A DNA stretch of 64,000 nt, taken from assembly GCA_951406725.2 (NCBI GenBank), contig OX597821.1:9610001-9674000 (forward strand), written 5' to 3'. This DNA comes from Octopus vulgaris (taxonomy: Eukaryota). Numbering within the stretch: position 1 is the stretch's first letter; each line of letters begins with the position of its first letter. A model generated the notes under the pieces. That model was not told the DNA's origin. It worked only from the letters and a program-made list of their open reading frames with translations, and did no database searches. The position numbers and the translations under genes are program-made. Below, one piece after another: positions 37,046 through 50,961 of this stretch.

Positions 37046-37499
37046 TTAGGTCCCTGTGGCGACTTCACAGATTGTACAAACCCGCGTTGCACACAATACG
37101 ATATTACTATATGTGCATCTCTGATCACGAGCAGAAGCAGTGGGAGAGCATCATAATCATGTGTCGAGAGAAATTCTGTGGTATTTAGATAATTAACCTT
37201 CTGAAACATGGGTTTGGATAATTCACCTTTGGAAACATGAGTGTTTCGTTAAATATCCTTAAACACCCCTTATCCAGGGATCTTTTGAGCGAGATGGCCT
37301 ACTCAACTTGAAGAAAAAACTGCCTGAGCACCACCTGTAAGTTCATGCGTTGTTTCTCTTGATATGGAATCACCAAGTCGCGCACATATTGTTGTGATGC
37401 GTGGGCCTGGTGAACCCTTATGAGACGGGAAGTCATGATGTGTATACTTGGTGTCCTAGAGTCACTTTGACGGACAGCACTGCTCTCTCACTCAATAAT

Positions 37500-38260
37500 A
37501 AAAACAGAAAGGAAGTAGACAAAGCAACATCCCCAAAATGGCTGAGAATTGCAGGACACAAAGCAGAGACTGAAGGATTTTTAACACCAGCAAAAGAGAA
37601 AAATCTTCCCACCTGAAGTCAACAAAAAACACATAATGAAAAGAACTACAAGTAACTTCAGAATATATGGTGATAGACAGAAAACAATAAATCATATTGT
37701 CTCTGGTTGCCCAGTCCTCGCTAAGAAGGAATATATTCACAGACACGACAGATTTGGAATTTATATACACTGGAAGCTATGCCAACACTATGGAATAACA
37801 ACAGGAAAAAAGATATTAAGGGCGCACACCAGAAAAAGGCACCGTAAATGAGAAATCAACCATACTATGGGATATGCCAATACACACAGTTAGAGAAACT
37901 TAGGCCAGTATACCGGATATAGTTGTGAGAGAACGGCAATAAAAATGCTTTTTAATCGATCTATCAATACCATGTGGAATCCATAAAGAGAAAATATTCG
38001 TATCATAATAAGCGCATTAGGTATGATTTAAAAAAAAAAAACATTCAGACAAATCCATAACAAAAACACCAGGTCTTACAAGTATATATAGCATACAGAA
38101 AATAGCTCTACCAGACACCGCACACCACCCACGCAAAACATTTTCAATGCAGTGAAAATAAGAGCATCCCAACAAACCACATGCCCAAGGCACACATAGC
38201 TGCGCTCGGTAGTGCAGTGAAATCACATGATAATAAAAAGACTGCTGAATAATAACAACA
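37500..38260 (+). mobile_element. R4/Dong-like LINE 3' fragment (zinc knuckle plus PD-(D/E)xK endonuclease), degraded, ending in an (AAT/AAC)n tract
   Basis: KWLRIAGHKAETEGFL; TINHIVSGCPVLAKKEYIHRHD..GIYIHWKLCQHYG; ILWDMPIHT...PDIVV; followed by AAT/AAC repeats at 38250-38365. Confidence 0.8.
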
Positions 38261-38364
38261 AAACAACTACAACAACAATAATAATTATATTAATAATAAT
38301 AATAACAATAATGATGCTGCTGATGATGATAATAATATCAATAACAACAACTACAACAACAACA

Positions 38365-38582
38365 ATGATTTTAAATTTTGGCATGAGACGAGCAGTTTCA
38401 GGGTAGAAGATAAGTTGCTTACATTGACCCCCAGCATTTCACTGGTGTTTATTTTATGGACCCCGAAATGATAAAAAGCAAAATCGACTCCAGCGGCATT
38501 TGCACTCAGAATGAAAAGACGGACGGAATACCGCTAAATATTTAGTCCCGCGTGCTAACGATCATGTCACTTCGCCGCCTTA
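38365..38582 (-). mobile_element. Nin/Deu-domain-type SINE fragment
   Basis: GGTGTTTATTTTATGGACCCCGAAATGATAAAAAGCAAAATCGACTCCAGCGGCATTTGCACTC resembles the Nin-domain core; a shorter copy lies at ~36295-36410. Confidence 0.55.
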
Positions 38583-38854
38583 ATGATGAGGATACTGATG
38601 AAGATAATAAGTTATGTAATCTCAAATATGAAAACAAACTTATATATTCTTGAACATTCTCTAGGACAATACTTTGTGCAGAATCAAATATACAGTATCC
38701 TACTCATAACATCTGATTAAAATATCTAATTTATTGTCTCTAGATGAGTCGGGGTGAGACTCAGAGTCAACTTGCACAAATTCAAAACAAAAGTAAACTC
38801 TGGTCAACTCTGGGCTATTCTGAACATGTCCTGACACCCAAATGTTTCTGGACA

Positions 38855-39035
38855 CCTATAACAGACATACAGGTCATTCAGGCACTTCAAAAACTGACCA
38901 AGAACAAGGCATCCAGGCGCAACACGATTCCTGATATCTGGCTAAAATATCTAACGGGAATACATAAGACACTAGCTGAAAAATTCAACGTGATACACGT
39001 AGCGCCAGTGACTTCGCCTGAATGGCTTACAGAGT
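38855..39035 (+). mobile_element. R4/Dong-like RT N-terminal fragment
   Basis: ITDIQVIQALQKLTKNKAS...IPDIWLKYLTGIHKTLAEKFN...PEWLT matches the KAPG/WLK/PxWL region of RT domains 0-1. Confidence 0.6.
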
Positions 39036-39284
39036 ATTTTAGTAAATCACGTATGAAAATAGGTGCAATAGTTTCATTAGATACAGAAAATTATGTAACC
39101 ATCGGATCTATATCTAGCGTAGGAGCGTCCACATAGTGGATTCTCTCTCCCATATTTGTGTATTAATATATATATATATATATATAGATAGATAGATACA
39201 TACATACATACATACATACATACACACACATATATATATATGCATATATATAGATACGTACATGTACATAATTACATTTATACG

Positions 39285-39322
<38 letters not shown>

Positions 39323-39469
39323 CTTGTGTGTGGGCACAGGACGTCATGAATCGTGTATAACAAAAAAACACGAAGTACGAATACATGGAATATGAACTAA
39401 TTTTTTCAACAACGAAAGACAAAAATGAAAGACAAAGTAGTTCAGAATCCTGCTCTCCACATCCTCCAC

Positions 39470-39801
39470 TTCCTTCTCCTTCTTCTTCCCCTTCTTATTT
39501 CTCTTCTCCTTATTCCCCTTCCATATTTCTCTTCCTCGTTCTCTTTCTTATTCTCCTTTTTCTTATCTTTCTCATTTCTCCTCCTTCTTATTTGTCCTTC
39601 CTCTCCTCCTTATTTCTTCTTCTTCTCCTTACTTCTTCTCCATCTTTCTTCCTCCTTCTTCCCTTTCATCCCCTCTCCTCTTCTTTTTCTTCTTCTTCTT
39701 CTTCTCCTCCTCTTTCTTCTTCGTCTTCTGCTTCTTCTTCTTCTTCTTCTTCTTCTCCTTCTTCTTCTTCTTCTTCTTCTTCTTTTTCTTCTTCTTCTTC
39801 T
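39470..39801. repeat. Polypyrimidine (TCT/CCT)n low-complexity tract
   Basis: Directly visible. Confidence 0.9.
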
Positions 39802-40363
39802 TTGGCTACTGTTGCTTATACAATCAAAGCCAAGAACACATCAAGTATTCTTTTAGAAATGCTACCACCTGCTACCTACTAACAAGCCTTCACAACAGTA
39901 AAAAAGAGGGAGACAGAATATTGGAAAATGTTCCTTGTATTTGAAAACTAAGGAATTATGTTTTAAAAACATTTCATATAATTTTTCCTCAATTTAATTA
40001 TTTTTCATGTTTTACTGTAAGTTTAACATTTTGCAAAGGCAGAAACCGGTACTGATATGTTCTTCATGATAAAAGCATTTTAGAATGTTCCACCTCGTCT
40101 TATCTTCCATATACATACATACATACTTACATATTTATATATATGTAAATCTCTATGACTCTGCTAGGCACCAACCACCGCTTGACAACCGATAGTTGTA
40201 TGTTTACATCACAATACATTAGGAGTTAATTAAAAAAAAATCGAGAGAATATGTGCCATGTTTCCAAGTAAAGTAATTTCAGACGTTGATTTATTCGAAT
40301 TAAAACTCTTCAAAGCGACACCCTACAAACAATGGCTACAGTATAATGGCTAAAACAAGTAAA

Positions 40364-40399
<36 letters not shown>

Positions 40400-40567
40400 G
40401 TGGAGAATTCCCAAGCATATATATATCTATATATATGTGTGAGTGTGGGGGGTGGTTATACACATTGGTTATTGTCAACAAGAAGATTGTAAATATTCCA
40501 TAAATAGCCAGGGATAATTATAAAAGCAATAGTTATCAATAGATTGTAGTCGCACTCTTTGTGTATA

Positions 40568-40612
<45 letters not shown>

Positions 40613-40790
40613 TTTATCAAATTACGTAAATGTCAAATTGAAACATATTGCATTTCTTTTCTTGTATACATTCGGTATGAAGCCTCAAACTACATGAAAC
40701 AGTTAATTTTATATATCCTATCATAATACCATATAAATTGAATTGATACCAGTGAATTACTTTTTGTTCTACAAAAGTATATGACTAATG

Positions 40791-40842
<52 letters not shown>

Positions 40843-40865
40843 CGTGCGTGTATCTCACTCTCCCT

Positions 40866-40921
<56 letters not shown>

Positions 40922-41114
40922 CACACATATATTTTGTGTATATGTATATATATATGTATATATAGATATTTAAGTAGTTGAATGAATTATCTTAGTATGG
41001 ATAATTCTGTAAACCGATACCTGGGTTGCAAATTCACGTCAGAAAACACGGTTGAAGCTACATGCCAAGGGCAGAGATCACGTGCTTTCGTGTGGAATTT
41101 GTGTGTTTTTATTA

Positions 41115-41457
41115 ATACAAATAAATGAAAGAATGGAGTTGAACGACGATTTAACAAAATTCCTTTATTCTCGACATATGTTTCGAAGGCTGCATATTCC
41201 TAATTTCGAAGGAATAAGGGGTGCATTATGCCGCCTTCTAATCTGGAAAAACAAGGAACTTATATCAGCATCAAGATGAACCAAAACTCTGTTCATCTTG
41301 ATGCTGACATAAGTTCCTTGTTTTTCCTGATGAGAAGGCGGCATAATGCACCCCTTATTCCTTCGAAATTAGGAATATGCAGCCTTCGAAACATATGTCG
41401 AGAATAAAGGAATTTTGTTAAATCGTCGTTCAACTCCATTCTTTCATTTATTTGTAT
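41115..41457. repeat. Near-perfect palindrome: 167-bp arms, 9-nt spacer, 3 mismatches; Penelope-type inverted terminus
   Basis: 41115-41281 is the reverse complement of 41291-41457; the ORF track shows the same peptide on both strands. Confidence 0.95.
41314..41412 (+). ncRNA. Type I hammerhead ribozyme with intact core (predicted cleavage after GUC at 41399)
   Basis: Stem I UUUUC/GAGAA plus UUCCUU/AAGGAA; CUGAUGA at 41327-41333; stem II GAAGGC-G-GCAUA...UAUGC-A-GCCUUC; GAAA at 41388-41391; short palindromic stem III AC-AUAU-GU followed by C. Confidence 0.8.
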
Positions 41458-41475
41458 ATGTATATATATACATAC

Positions 41476-41521
<46 letters not shown>

Positions 41522-41963
41522 TTCTGTTTGTTTTACCAATACGAAACAGAGACAAGGAGGGAGAGGAGGAGAAAAAGGGAGACGCACACACATACACAGA
41601 AATAGGGGAGAATGATCGGTACATAGATAATGAAAGATAGCAATCTTTCTTCCATGGACAATTTAGGTTACTTATAGTAAAAGCAGAAGTGTGCTGAGTT
41701 TACGTATCGCTATATATTCTTAACAATCATCATGCGGCAAACATAAAGCAAAGTAAAAGTAGTAAAACATAAGTGGCCTGGGGGTGCCTCAAATTGAAAT
41801 CCGTCGCACTTGTTTAATTTGGGAGAAACAAACTGTTGAATTCACTCACACTCACACAGTAGCTTACACATTTATGTTTATATATACACATGTATATCTA
41901 TAACTTCTAAAATATATATATGTTTATATATATTTCATATATTATATATATACATATATACAT

Positions 41964-42026
<63 letters not shown>

Positions 42027-43084
42027 TATGTATTATATATATATAAAATATATATATATGTATATATATAAACAGTCCTCCATATACGCACAAAATTATA
42101 TATTTACGCCTAATATACACACACCAGAAATTAATGTTCAAGACAAGCTCTCAGACGCACAAATACATACGCATACACTTATACATGAATGCATTCACAC
42201 ACCTTAAGCCAACATGCAGATATACGCTCCTGCGCATACACATACTCGCTGTCCCAACCACACAAACACACTCACACCGGCAACAGGCGTCACTAACAAT
42301 TCTCTTCTCAATTCATAGAAAGGAAAATCTCAGTTGCATCCTCACCAACTAAGAATAGGGTATATACCCGACTAATCGTGTATATATCCCCTTCTTATTT
42401 ATCTATTACAAGAAAAACGTTCTTCGGAAATTATGATGAATATATCAAACCTATTATCTCGTCAGTTCTATTATTGTTATGTCTACTGTCTTTCATCCTA
42501 GATTCCCGCCCAAATATTGATCAAATCATATCAGTCCACACTTTTAGTATTTTTCATATTCCTCTAGATTTCACTGCAATCTTCCATCAATTAAAAATGA
42601 AATGCATACAATTTAGCTGCTCCAGAGTGTCTCATAAATATTATACTCTCGTATTCTCAGCACTGAGCAATTCACGTATTTTTGAAGAAGCATAGAGCTT
42701 CAAAATTACTCAGCATGAACATTTGCTAAAGAATGTACTGAAAGGATAAAACCGGATATCACGAACAAACTACAATTCTGTCATTCAACACTCATCTTCG
42801 TATTACAATAACTTCATCACGACAATATAAAAGTGCAATAGAAATTATTTAAAAAAAGAATGGTAGAAAATTTGTTGTTTGTTACTCTTTTAGGCATGGC
42901 TTATTGCCATTCCTGCTTCCATCACAGAGACTATAACAAGTTACAAACGTTACACTTTTTCTAATGCTTTTTCTGATCAAGTTTGAAGAAAAATTGTATG
43001 AATTGAAATTAATCTTAGATTCGTACACAACAAAGAATTATAGATGTCTGCACAAATCTATCTTCTTTGCTTGAAGATATTCTG

Positions 43085-43433
43085 GATTTAGTTATTTGGC
43101 TGCGGCCAGGCCGGAGCAACGCCTTTAGTCGAACAAATCGACCCTCGTACTTATTCTTTGTAAATCTAGTACGTCTTCTATTGGTCTATTTTTTCGGAAC
43201 TACTAAGTGACGGGGATGTAAACACACCAACATCGGTGACCAATCGATGGTGGGAGGACAAACACAGACATAAGTATACGACGGGATACTTTCAGTTTCT
43301 GTCTATCAAATCCACTCACAAGGCTTTGGTCGGGACGAGACTATAATAGAAAGCACTTGTCCAAGGCGACTGAACCCGGAACCATGTGGTTGGGAATCAA
43401 GCTTCTTACCACACAGCCGCTCCCACACCTATG
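43085..43433 (-). mobile_element. tRNA-derived SINE, near full length
   Basis: Reverse-orientation copy of the 34345-34800 family (...GAACCATGTGGTTGGGAATCAAGCTTCTTACCACACAGCC). Confidence 0.75.
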
Positions 43434-45995
43434 TATATGAATTAACTTAACGGAGATCTGTTGTTGTATACTCTAAATTTATCGTATGACCCTCAACATG
43501 ATTTTGTTCTTATTCGTCTCTGTAAATTGAAAAATTAAAGGAACATAAGACTTCCATATATTATATAGTTACTCAGCAGATAATTGTAGGTTTCCTCTGC
43601 TGAAATTTTTAACGGTTTTAGTACTTCATTGGACATCGGTCGTGCACTTTATTTCAAAATGCAATCTCTTCATAATCTCTTCAACTTAGAAAGTCATCGG
43701 CGGACGGTACGTAATTTTGCAGTCGTGTAATTATAAAATAAAAATAAGGTATAATATTCCATGTTGGGAAATATTTTAATTCCTCTCTGATTTCTTTCTT
43801 TTCTTTTACCGTCAAAAATAGGTCATGGAAGATTTGATAGATGGTAAGATAAAAAGAAAAATCGATTATAATCAACATATTGGACAGTTGGAAGGAAATC
43901 TCATCTTTCAATTTAATTTAATAATTAGAGACATAAAGGGCAATGCTGTATAAAACTATTACTGAAAATATGAAAAGAACAAAAATAAAAACATGGAATT
44001 ATCGGCAGAGTTTGAATCACATGACTTCGAAGGTACCATGTTCAACCCATGGCTGATATGTAACACAAAGATATGTATGCATGATTAACAATCTTTGTAG
44101 GAAACATTGTCACTTAGTCTCACAGAAACTCTCACACACATGTTTATGTATACAAATTTATATATACACATACATATATAAATATGTTTGTGTGTGTTGT
44201 GTGTGTCTGTGCGTGTGAGAGATAAAGAAAGTAAGAGAGAGAGAGGGCGTGTGTATCTGTTTATATACTTCATTTACAAGTGTCTTGGTGTGAAATCTTG
44301 TGTTGAAACACATGTTGGTAATAGGGAATATACACTCATTACCCACTTTTGTCTTCAATGTCATCGTTTGTTTACATCTGACGTCTCGATACGAATCGTT
44401 GTAGCAAACATCAGTGTTGACTATAATTTCTGCCGAATATCTGTAGAAATAATATTTACAAAATAATGTAAACAGCACTGCTTACATAGTAGAACGTGGT
44501 GTTGAGTTACGAAAACATTTAATATAATTTATACTATGTTGTGTTTTCATAACGAAATATCACCTACCTATGAATCATTACCATGTTATTTTTGGGGGAT
44601 AGTATTCTTTTGCAAAATATAACAATATATACATAGGCATACGTGTTTCAATCACATGGTCCCGTCTTCAATCCCACAACATGCCAGTTTGGAGAAGGTG
44701 TCTTCTGCCATAGCCTCGAGCCACACAACGCCTTGTAAGTGGATTTGTTAGAGAGAAACTGAAAGAACACCGTCGTATCTATAAGTGCGTGTGTGTGCGT
44801 GTGTATGTGTGTATGCGCGCGCGCGCGTCTGTCTACCTGAGTCTCTGTGTCTGTGTATTTATATATTTGTTTTGCAAGATTAGAGATGTGAAATCGTGTG
44901 TTGAAAGAGATGCTGTATTGGTAAAACTGTGCAATATATATTTCCTAATTGATATTAAGTACACCGATGCGTGTGGCGAGTGTTTTTCATCATGGTACAC
45001 AGCGTTTAAATATATGAATTTAATGTGCAGTTAAAACCGTTTTATTCCAAATTATCCTAGGTGCATCCGATGGACAATATTTGTTCATAATGCATTATGT
45101 AAGAATTATATAAGTAACCCACTTCTTTACGTCAAATTAAAAGTCCATGACAAAGTCCTTCGATTTGTTTAACTTAATCACATGATTGTGGAGTAAAATT
45201 AAAAAATATAGTAAATTAACCAGTATTTTCTCTGTAACATCGATTTTCAAAAGCAAACGTAGGAATGTGAACATTATTGCCTATTATTGCTGTATCAACA
45301 TGGGTTTCTCATACGTACTAAATAGCAATAAATTAGTATTCTGTTGACTATAAAAAACTGTCCAGTCATTAGTAAAGGAAAACAGCTGAAATCAGAGAAT
45401 CAATTCTACCTAAAAGAGTAATGGTAACGATAAAGCGAAACGTAACAGTAAAACAGAATTAAAAATAACAATGATGAAACAGGTGGAATTGAAACGCTGA
45501 TGGTTATAGTAAACACTGAGATTATATGTAATTAAAAATCACACATACAGACATACAAAGACACACACACACACAGATGCGCATACACATATATAAGGAC
45601 ATACATACAAACATGCATACATTCATATACTATGAAGAGTAGTAACTTAAACTCTATGCTTAAAACAGACGGGATGACGACAATCGACTCCATACTCGGC
45701 AGTAGAATCCCTCTGTCTAAATGTACGCTCGAGAAATGCCACCAATGTGACTGGCCGTGTGTTTGTAATGTTTATCTGATTGTTTGTATGTATGTGTGTG
45801 TATAAATGCGTGTGTGCATGTGTGCGTGTGTGATTGCGTTTTTCTTTGTTATCCACCATCGCTTCACAGTCGATGTTGGTGGAGAATCCCCAAATATACA
45901 CTGATTAAATCTATGCTGAAACGAAAGATGTGCACACACAAACACACGCACACACACATGCATATATACTTATACATATACACACGCATATATAC

Positions 45996-46062
<67 letters not shown>

Positions 46063-46066
<4 letters not shown>

Positions 46067-46715
46067 GCAAAAAAGGGTGGAATATAATTAATTTAATAAA
46101 ATTAATAAATTTCACCTAGTATATTTATCGGTATGGAAAAGACCATATTTGGTAAGGATTATAATAATTATAATTAAGGGTTAATTGCAATAAGTTGCTC
46201 AAAACCACATACCGAAAATATTAGAAATAGCAGCCAAATTGATCACTATTTCTCCTACTAATAAAAAGTCTCCACAAACAAACAGAATTTGTAACCTGTA
46301 TATGGCAAAAAAGGAAGAAAATAACGAAATCCCAGCCTATGGATTAATTATATACGAATTGTTTCTGGATTAGAACCGAAGGCTCGTTTCCTTGTCAATA
46401 TAATATTTCCTATAAATCTAGAAATGCTAGGGGAAAAACTCACCCGTTACACCAGCTCGACCAGCGACTTCGAACGATCTAATGGACTGCCAGCATTCCT
46501 ACACTTATACAGACATGCGAATTCATATCTCCCTCCAAAATTACCACGTGAGCTACAAAAACATTACCAACGAAACGAAGTTTCGTAGATTTCTTGTAAG
46601 GGAGCAATAGTATTCAATATGCAAAAAAGGGTGGAATATAATTAATTTAATAAAATTAATAAATTTCACCTAGTAGATTTATCGGTATGGAAAAGACTAT
46701 ATTTAGTAAGGATTA
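46063..46715. mobile_element. ~650-bp element bounded by 99-bp direct repeats within (TA)n; pseudo-LTR-like arrangement, possibly Penelope-like
   Basis: 46063-46161 and 46617-46715 are direct repeats with 3 mismatches; (TA)n tracts flank both sides. Confidence 0.55.
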
Positions 46716-46769
46716 ATTAAATATATATATATATATATATACTTACAACATATTTCCAATATTTATCAA

Positions 46770-46826
<57 letters not shown>

Positions 46827-47234
46827 AAATATTGGAAATATGTTGTGTATAATTGATAGTAACAACCGTCCTATTAGCGTTGCAATTGTAACTTGTTCTC
46901 GTACGTTTCCTAAGGTTTTAAATAACAGTGTAAATAGGCACAACCGAGTCACTGACAATATAAACATAAAGAAAAATTGTAGTAATGATATTTTTGGTAG
47001 AGGCAAAATAAGGTGCTGCAAAAGTCATATGAATAGCAATAATACTCCACATACCATTAACATTTATAAAGATATTAGAAACATTTAACGCATTATTTTA
47101 GATGCCCTAACATCTGCTCCGAAAGAAATGGAATGTAATAGTAGTCTCATTATCAAGGAAGTAGTATATAAGCATATATTAACATAATTTAAATTGGTTT
47201 ACTAATGGTATCTAAATGACTTTCAAAAACCATT

Positions 47235-48410
47235 TACTAGGGGGGGCTGAATAATTCATTGGCCGAATATGAATGAAATCTGGCATGCATTTATTTTAAC
47301 ACTTCGTATCAATGATAACATTGTCTTTTTTGAGCTAAACTAGACATCTGACTGTTCAAACAAAATAGCAAATGTAACTAGTTGTGAGTTCTATTGTAAA
47401 TGAAGACAGTTTGGCATCGTGGTGTTAAGGAGTAATTGCAGGAAAAGACATATATGCATGCTGACATGGTTCCCACGTTAGGGTCTAGCTTTATCATGAG
47501 AGGTAGCTGAATTGAGAAGAAGAAGACAGAGTCTTGAAGATGAACCGAGACCTGGACTTGCTGCAACTGTCACTACCGGTTAAAACATTCAGCGTGTTCA
47601 CCACATGATGATCGACGACAGGTGATTGACTATAAATCCAGTGATCTTTCCATACATCGTGGGAGAGTTGAGAATATCGTGCGCTATAAACGTGTCATAA
47701 CGAAGATTTGTGCTCGGCGGATCTCACGTCATCTTACACGTGATTTAAAGCGCATCAGGTTGGTCATATCACGGGCAAATTAGACATAGTTTAAGGCAGA
47801 GATACCTGGCTTAATTGAACAATTTTGAAGTCAAGATCTTTGTGGAAAATTCGTGTAGTAAAAAGCCCACTTCTCAGCTGTTTCAATGAAGGCAAACGTC
47901 GTTTCACTTCCAGGGAAGAAGAAACCCTCATGTTTTCGGGGATGTAATATTCTTTGATTATCCTCAGAGACGCCACGCAGTCGATAAACAGCACCGCAGC
48001 AAATTGCTGAATGTGTCCCGAAAGGCTATCAAGACCAAATACACGGGAAATCGTATGAAAGGAAACTTGTTTCTTAAGGAAATATTCCAGCATACAACAT
48101 ATTGGTTAAACTGGCCGCTCTGCGTAACAGTGGGTTTGAATTTCATCTTCCTTCATAATTTCTTGCTCTGGCCTCATCTGCCTCTAAACTGTTTTCCAAT
48201 ATGAAAGAAAAAATAACAATGGCTTGGAAACAAATATGGCAGTAACGATCTGATCATATCTGTTGTTAACATTTCTGATAATAAGAATGAGAGCTTCTTC
48301 AACAAAGAGATCTAAGCATTGTAACACTTATGAAATAAATAAGTGGGCGGCAGGAGGGTCTATGTTTAAAAATTTAAGTCAGCCTATGTAAATGTTAGCC
48401 GACCCGCGTA
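47235..48410 (+). mobile_element. Degenerate mariner transposon, full-length span
   Basis: Imperfect TIRs TACTAGGGGGGGCTGAATAATTC / GTTAGCCGACCCGCGTA; relic motifs WHRGV, KICARRISR (WVPR-like) and LASSA..LF.NMK (DLAPSDF-like). Confidence 0.65.
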
Positions 48411-49013
48411 CATAACTGTTTGCATAGATTTCAAACAGCGCTTAAAACTAACTGCAGCTCGCTTTCCTGAAATATTTCAGACGTCAAAAAGCGTGGTATT
48501 GAATTTTCAATCTCCTGACAAATTGTGAAGTTTTTCATCCCATAGACAGATATAGGTTATGTTGCGGAGTATTAATGCTATTCAATTTAAAGTAACCTAC
48601 AGATATTATTGAAATAATAAAGGGCTGTCCAAATATACTGAGAAAAACATTTTTTATATAACCACTTGGAATCATTCAATAGGTAACACATTTATTTAAT
48701 TAAATTTAATCGCTTTATTGGATATTTCTCACCTCCATATGACTATAATTAAGTAGAATTCTTTTACATATTATATGTTCCTTATATATTGCCATATGTT
48801 TTTCATGTATTGTTTATGGTTATTTCGTATATATTCGATAATGGCTATGCTATATATACCCGATAATGATTTAATTATTTTTCATTATCTTGTGCAATCC
48901 ATATCGTAGATTATGCGTAAAGGCATGCAACTAACATTGATGCCTAAGTGTGTGTTTATATCCATAATACATACATACATAACATACATATATATATACA
49001 TACATACATATAT

Positions 49014-49046
<33 letters not shown>

Positions 49047-49049
49047 TAC

Positions 49050-49107
<58 letters not shown>

Positions 49108-49113
<6 letters not shown>

Positions 49114-49397
49114 ATATTTCGGAATGGTCATATTGCCAGTTTAGCCAATAAAAACACACGCACTATATATTTGGTGTTATTTTGCTTCAGTGATATTTGT
49201 TTTTTACATTAATCTTAATCTTATTTCGGCCAAAGTTCTTTCGTCACACTCCTGTGACCGCATCAGTGGTCCTTTGTTTTCTTCTCACTTACTTGTGTCT
49301 CTCCTTACTAACCGTCAGCCATTTTGTATTTCTATAGAAATATCTGTTTCAACACACGACTTCACATAAAAAATCTTGCACAACAAATATTTAAACG

Positions 49398-49400
<3 letters not shown>
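49108..49400 (-). mobile_element. (TA)n-flanked short element with a variant hammerhead-like motif (49228-49270); deleted copy at 36088-36240
   Basis: Minus strand CCA-CUGAUGC-G-GUCACA(GGAG)UGUGAC-GAAA-GAAC-UU-UGG. The 36-kb copy lacks this segment, deleted between TTTC microhomologies. Confidence 0.5.
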
Positions 49401-49434
<34 letters not shown>

Positions 49435-49519
49435 ATATATATGTATGTATATAATAGAAACAGGTTTCAAAGAAAAAGACTATACGAGGTATAAATAGGG
49501 CGAAAGCAAAAACAAGAAC

Positions 49520-50280
49520 AAATCAAATGCACACTACGTATAAAACGGCAGATTCAAAACAATACTTATTATTCAACTCTTGCCACCCCAAACACATAAA
49601 ATTTAATGTACCTTGTAATCTTGCGAAAATAATTTGTACGATAGTTTCGGATACCAATACCCTTGAAATAAGACTCCGTGAACTTAAATTAACACTCTTA
49701 AGACGACATTAACCAACAGCATTAATACATGCTGAGAGTAAACGAACAAATGAATTAGGCATACAATATTTAAGGGAAGTTAATAATACTCACAAAATTA
49801 TCAAAAGCAAAATGCAATCGAAATCACTTCAAAAAATAGTAAATGGCGCAAAACAGTTATCTTTTAACAACGGAACCAAACATTGAAAAATGCGGGCAGC
49901 CTAATTATGGGATATGCCGCCCCTTTTTGTATGGTGCAAAGTTTCACTTCAAACAAAGTGAAATATTTCAGATAAATCCAAACTTCACTTGTGACTCTGA
50001 AAACCTGATCTATGTTATTAGATTTTTACGTTGCGGAAACCATTATATAGGCCAAACACGAATGTCCCTCAGGGGAAGGACAATGCTTCACAAAGAATGA
50101 AATCGCTTCTCAAAATATAGACAGATACAGGTCAGTGATCTTGCAGATAGATGGGCTAGGAACATCAAACCAAACTTCATAATTTTACCTTTTTATCAAT
50201 GTTCCCAGAACACCTCAGTGTAGCAAAGACTAAATAATGAGTCAACATCCATTAATAAATATCAACCACAAAATAACAAG
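49520..50280 (+). mobile_element. Penelope-like element fragment: RT C-terminus plus GIY-YIG endonuclease
   Basis: YKTADSKQYLLFNSCHPKHIK..P.NLAKIICTIVS...RLREL; KCGQP...FTCDSENLIYVIR..RCGNHYIGQT..SLRGR..LH. Confidence 0.85.
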
Positions 50281-50851
50281 AACACACAACTTAATACAAG
50301 ACACTACTAACCTTACTATAATTCCACTCATCCTCATACATCACCTATAACATTCATACTCTATTAATCATATTAACCTAATTGCAGCACTTTTAGAATT
50401 GCTTACCTCACTTGCACGCAATCTCTTTACTCCGCTACAATTAGACTGAACACCGATTTCCAAATGGTAAGGATTGAAATCAGCCAACAGCGATGAGAGT
50501 GATTTTTATACCACCTAATTACACCTCAAATAAATTATTTGCCTGTATATATCTTTGTTTTTATAAAAACAGAAACAAAGGCTATTACTTTTATACCTAG
50601 CGGGCATGTGCTGTCTTTCTTTTTACTTTTCCCCTATACACACACACACATAGACACACACACGCACACATATATACGACAAGCTTCTTTCAGTTTCCGT
50701 CTAACAAATCCGCACACAAGGCTTTGGTCGGGCCGAGGCTATAGTAGAAGACACTTGACCAAGGTGCCAGGCAGTGGGAATGAACTCGGAACCATGTGGT
50801 TGGTAAGCAAGCTACTTACAACAGTGTCATTCCTACGTTTGTCTCCACACG

Positions 50852-50883
<32 letters not shown>

Positions 50884-50894
50884 TATATACATAC

Positions 50895-50926
<32 letters not shown>

Positions 50927-50961
50927 TCATGTATGTATCTATACGTGTGTGTGTGTATAAA

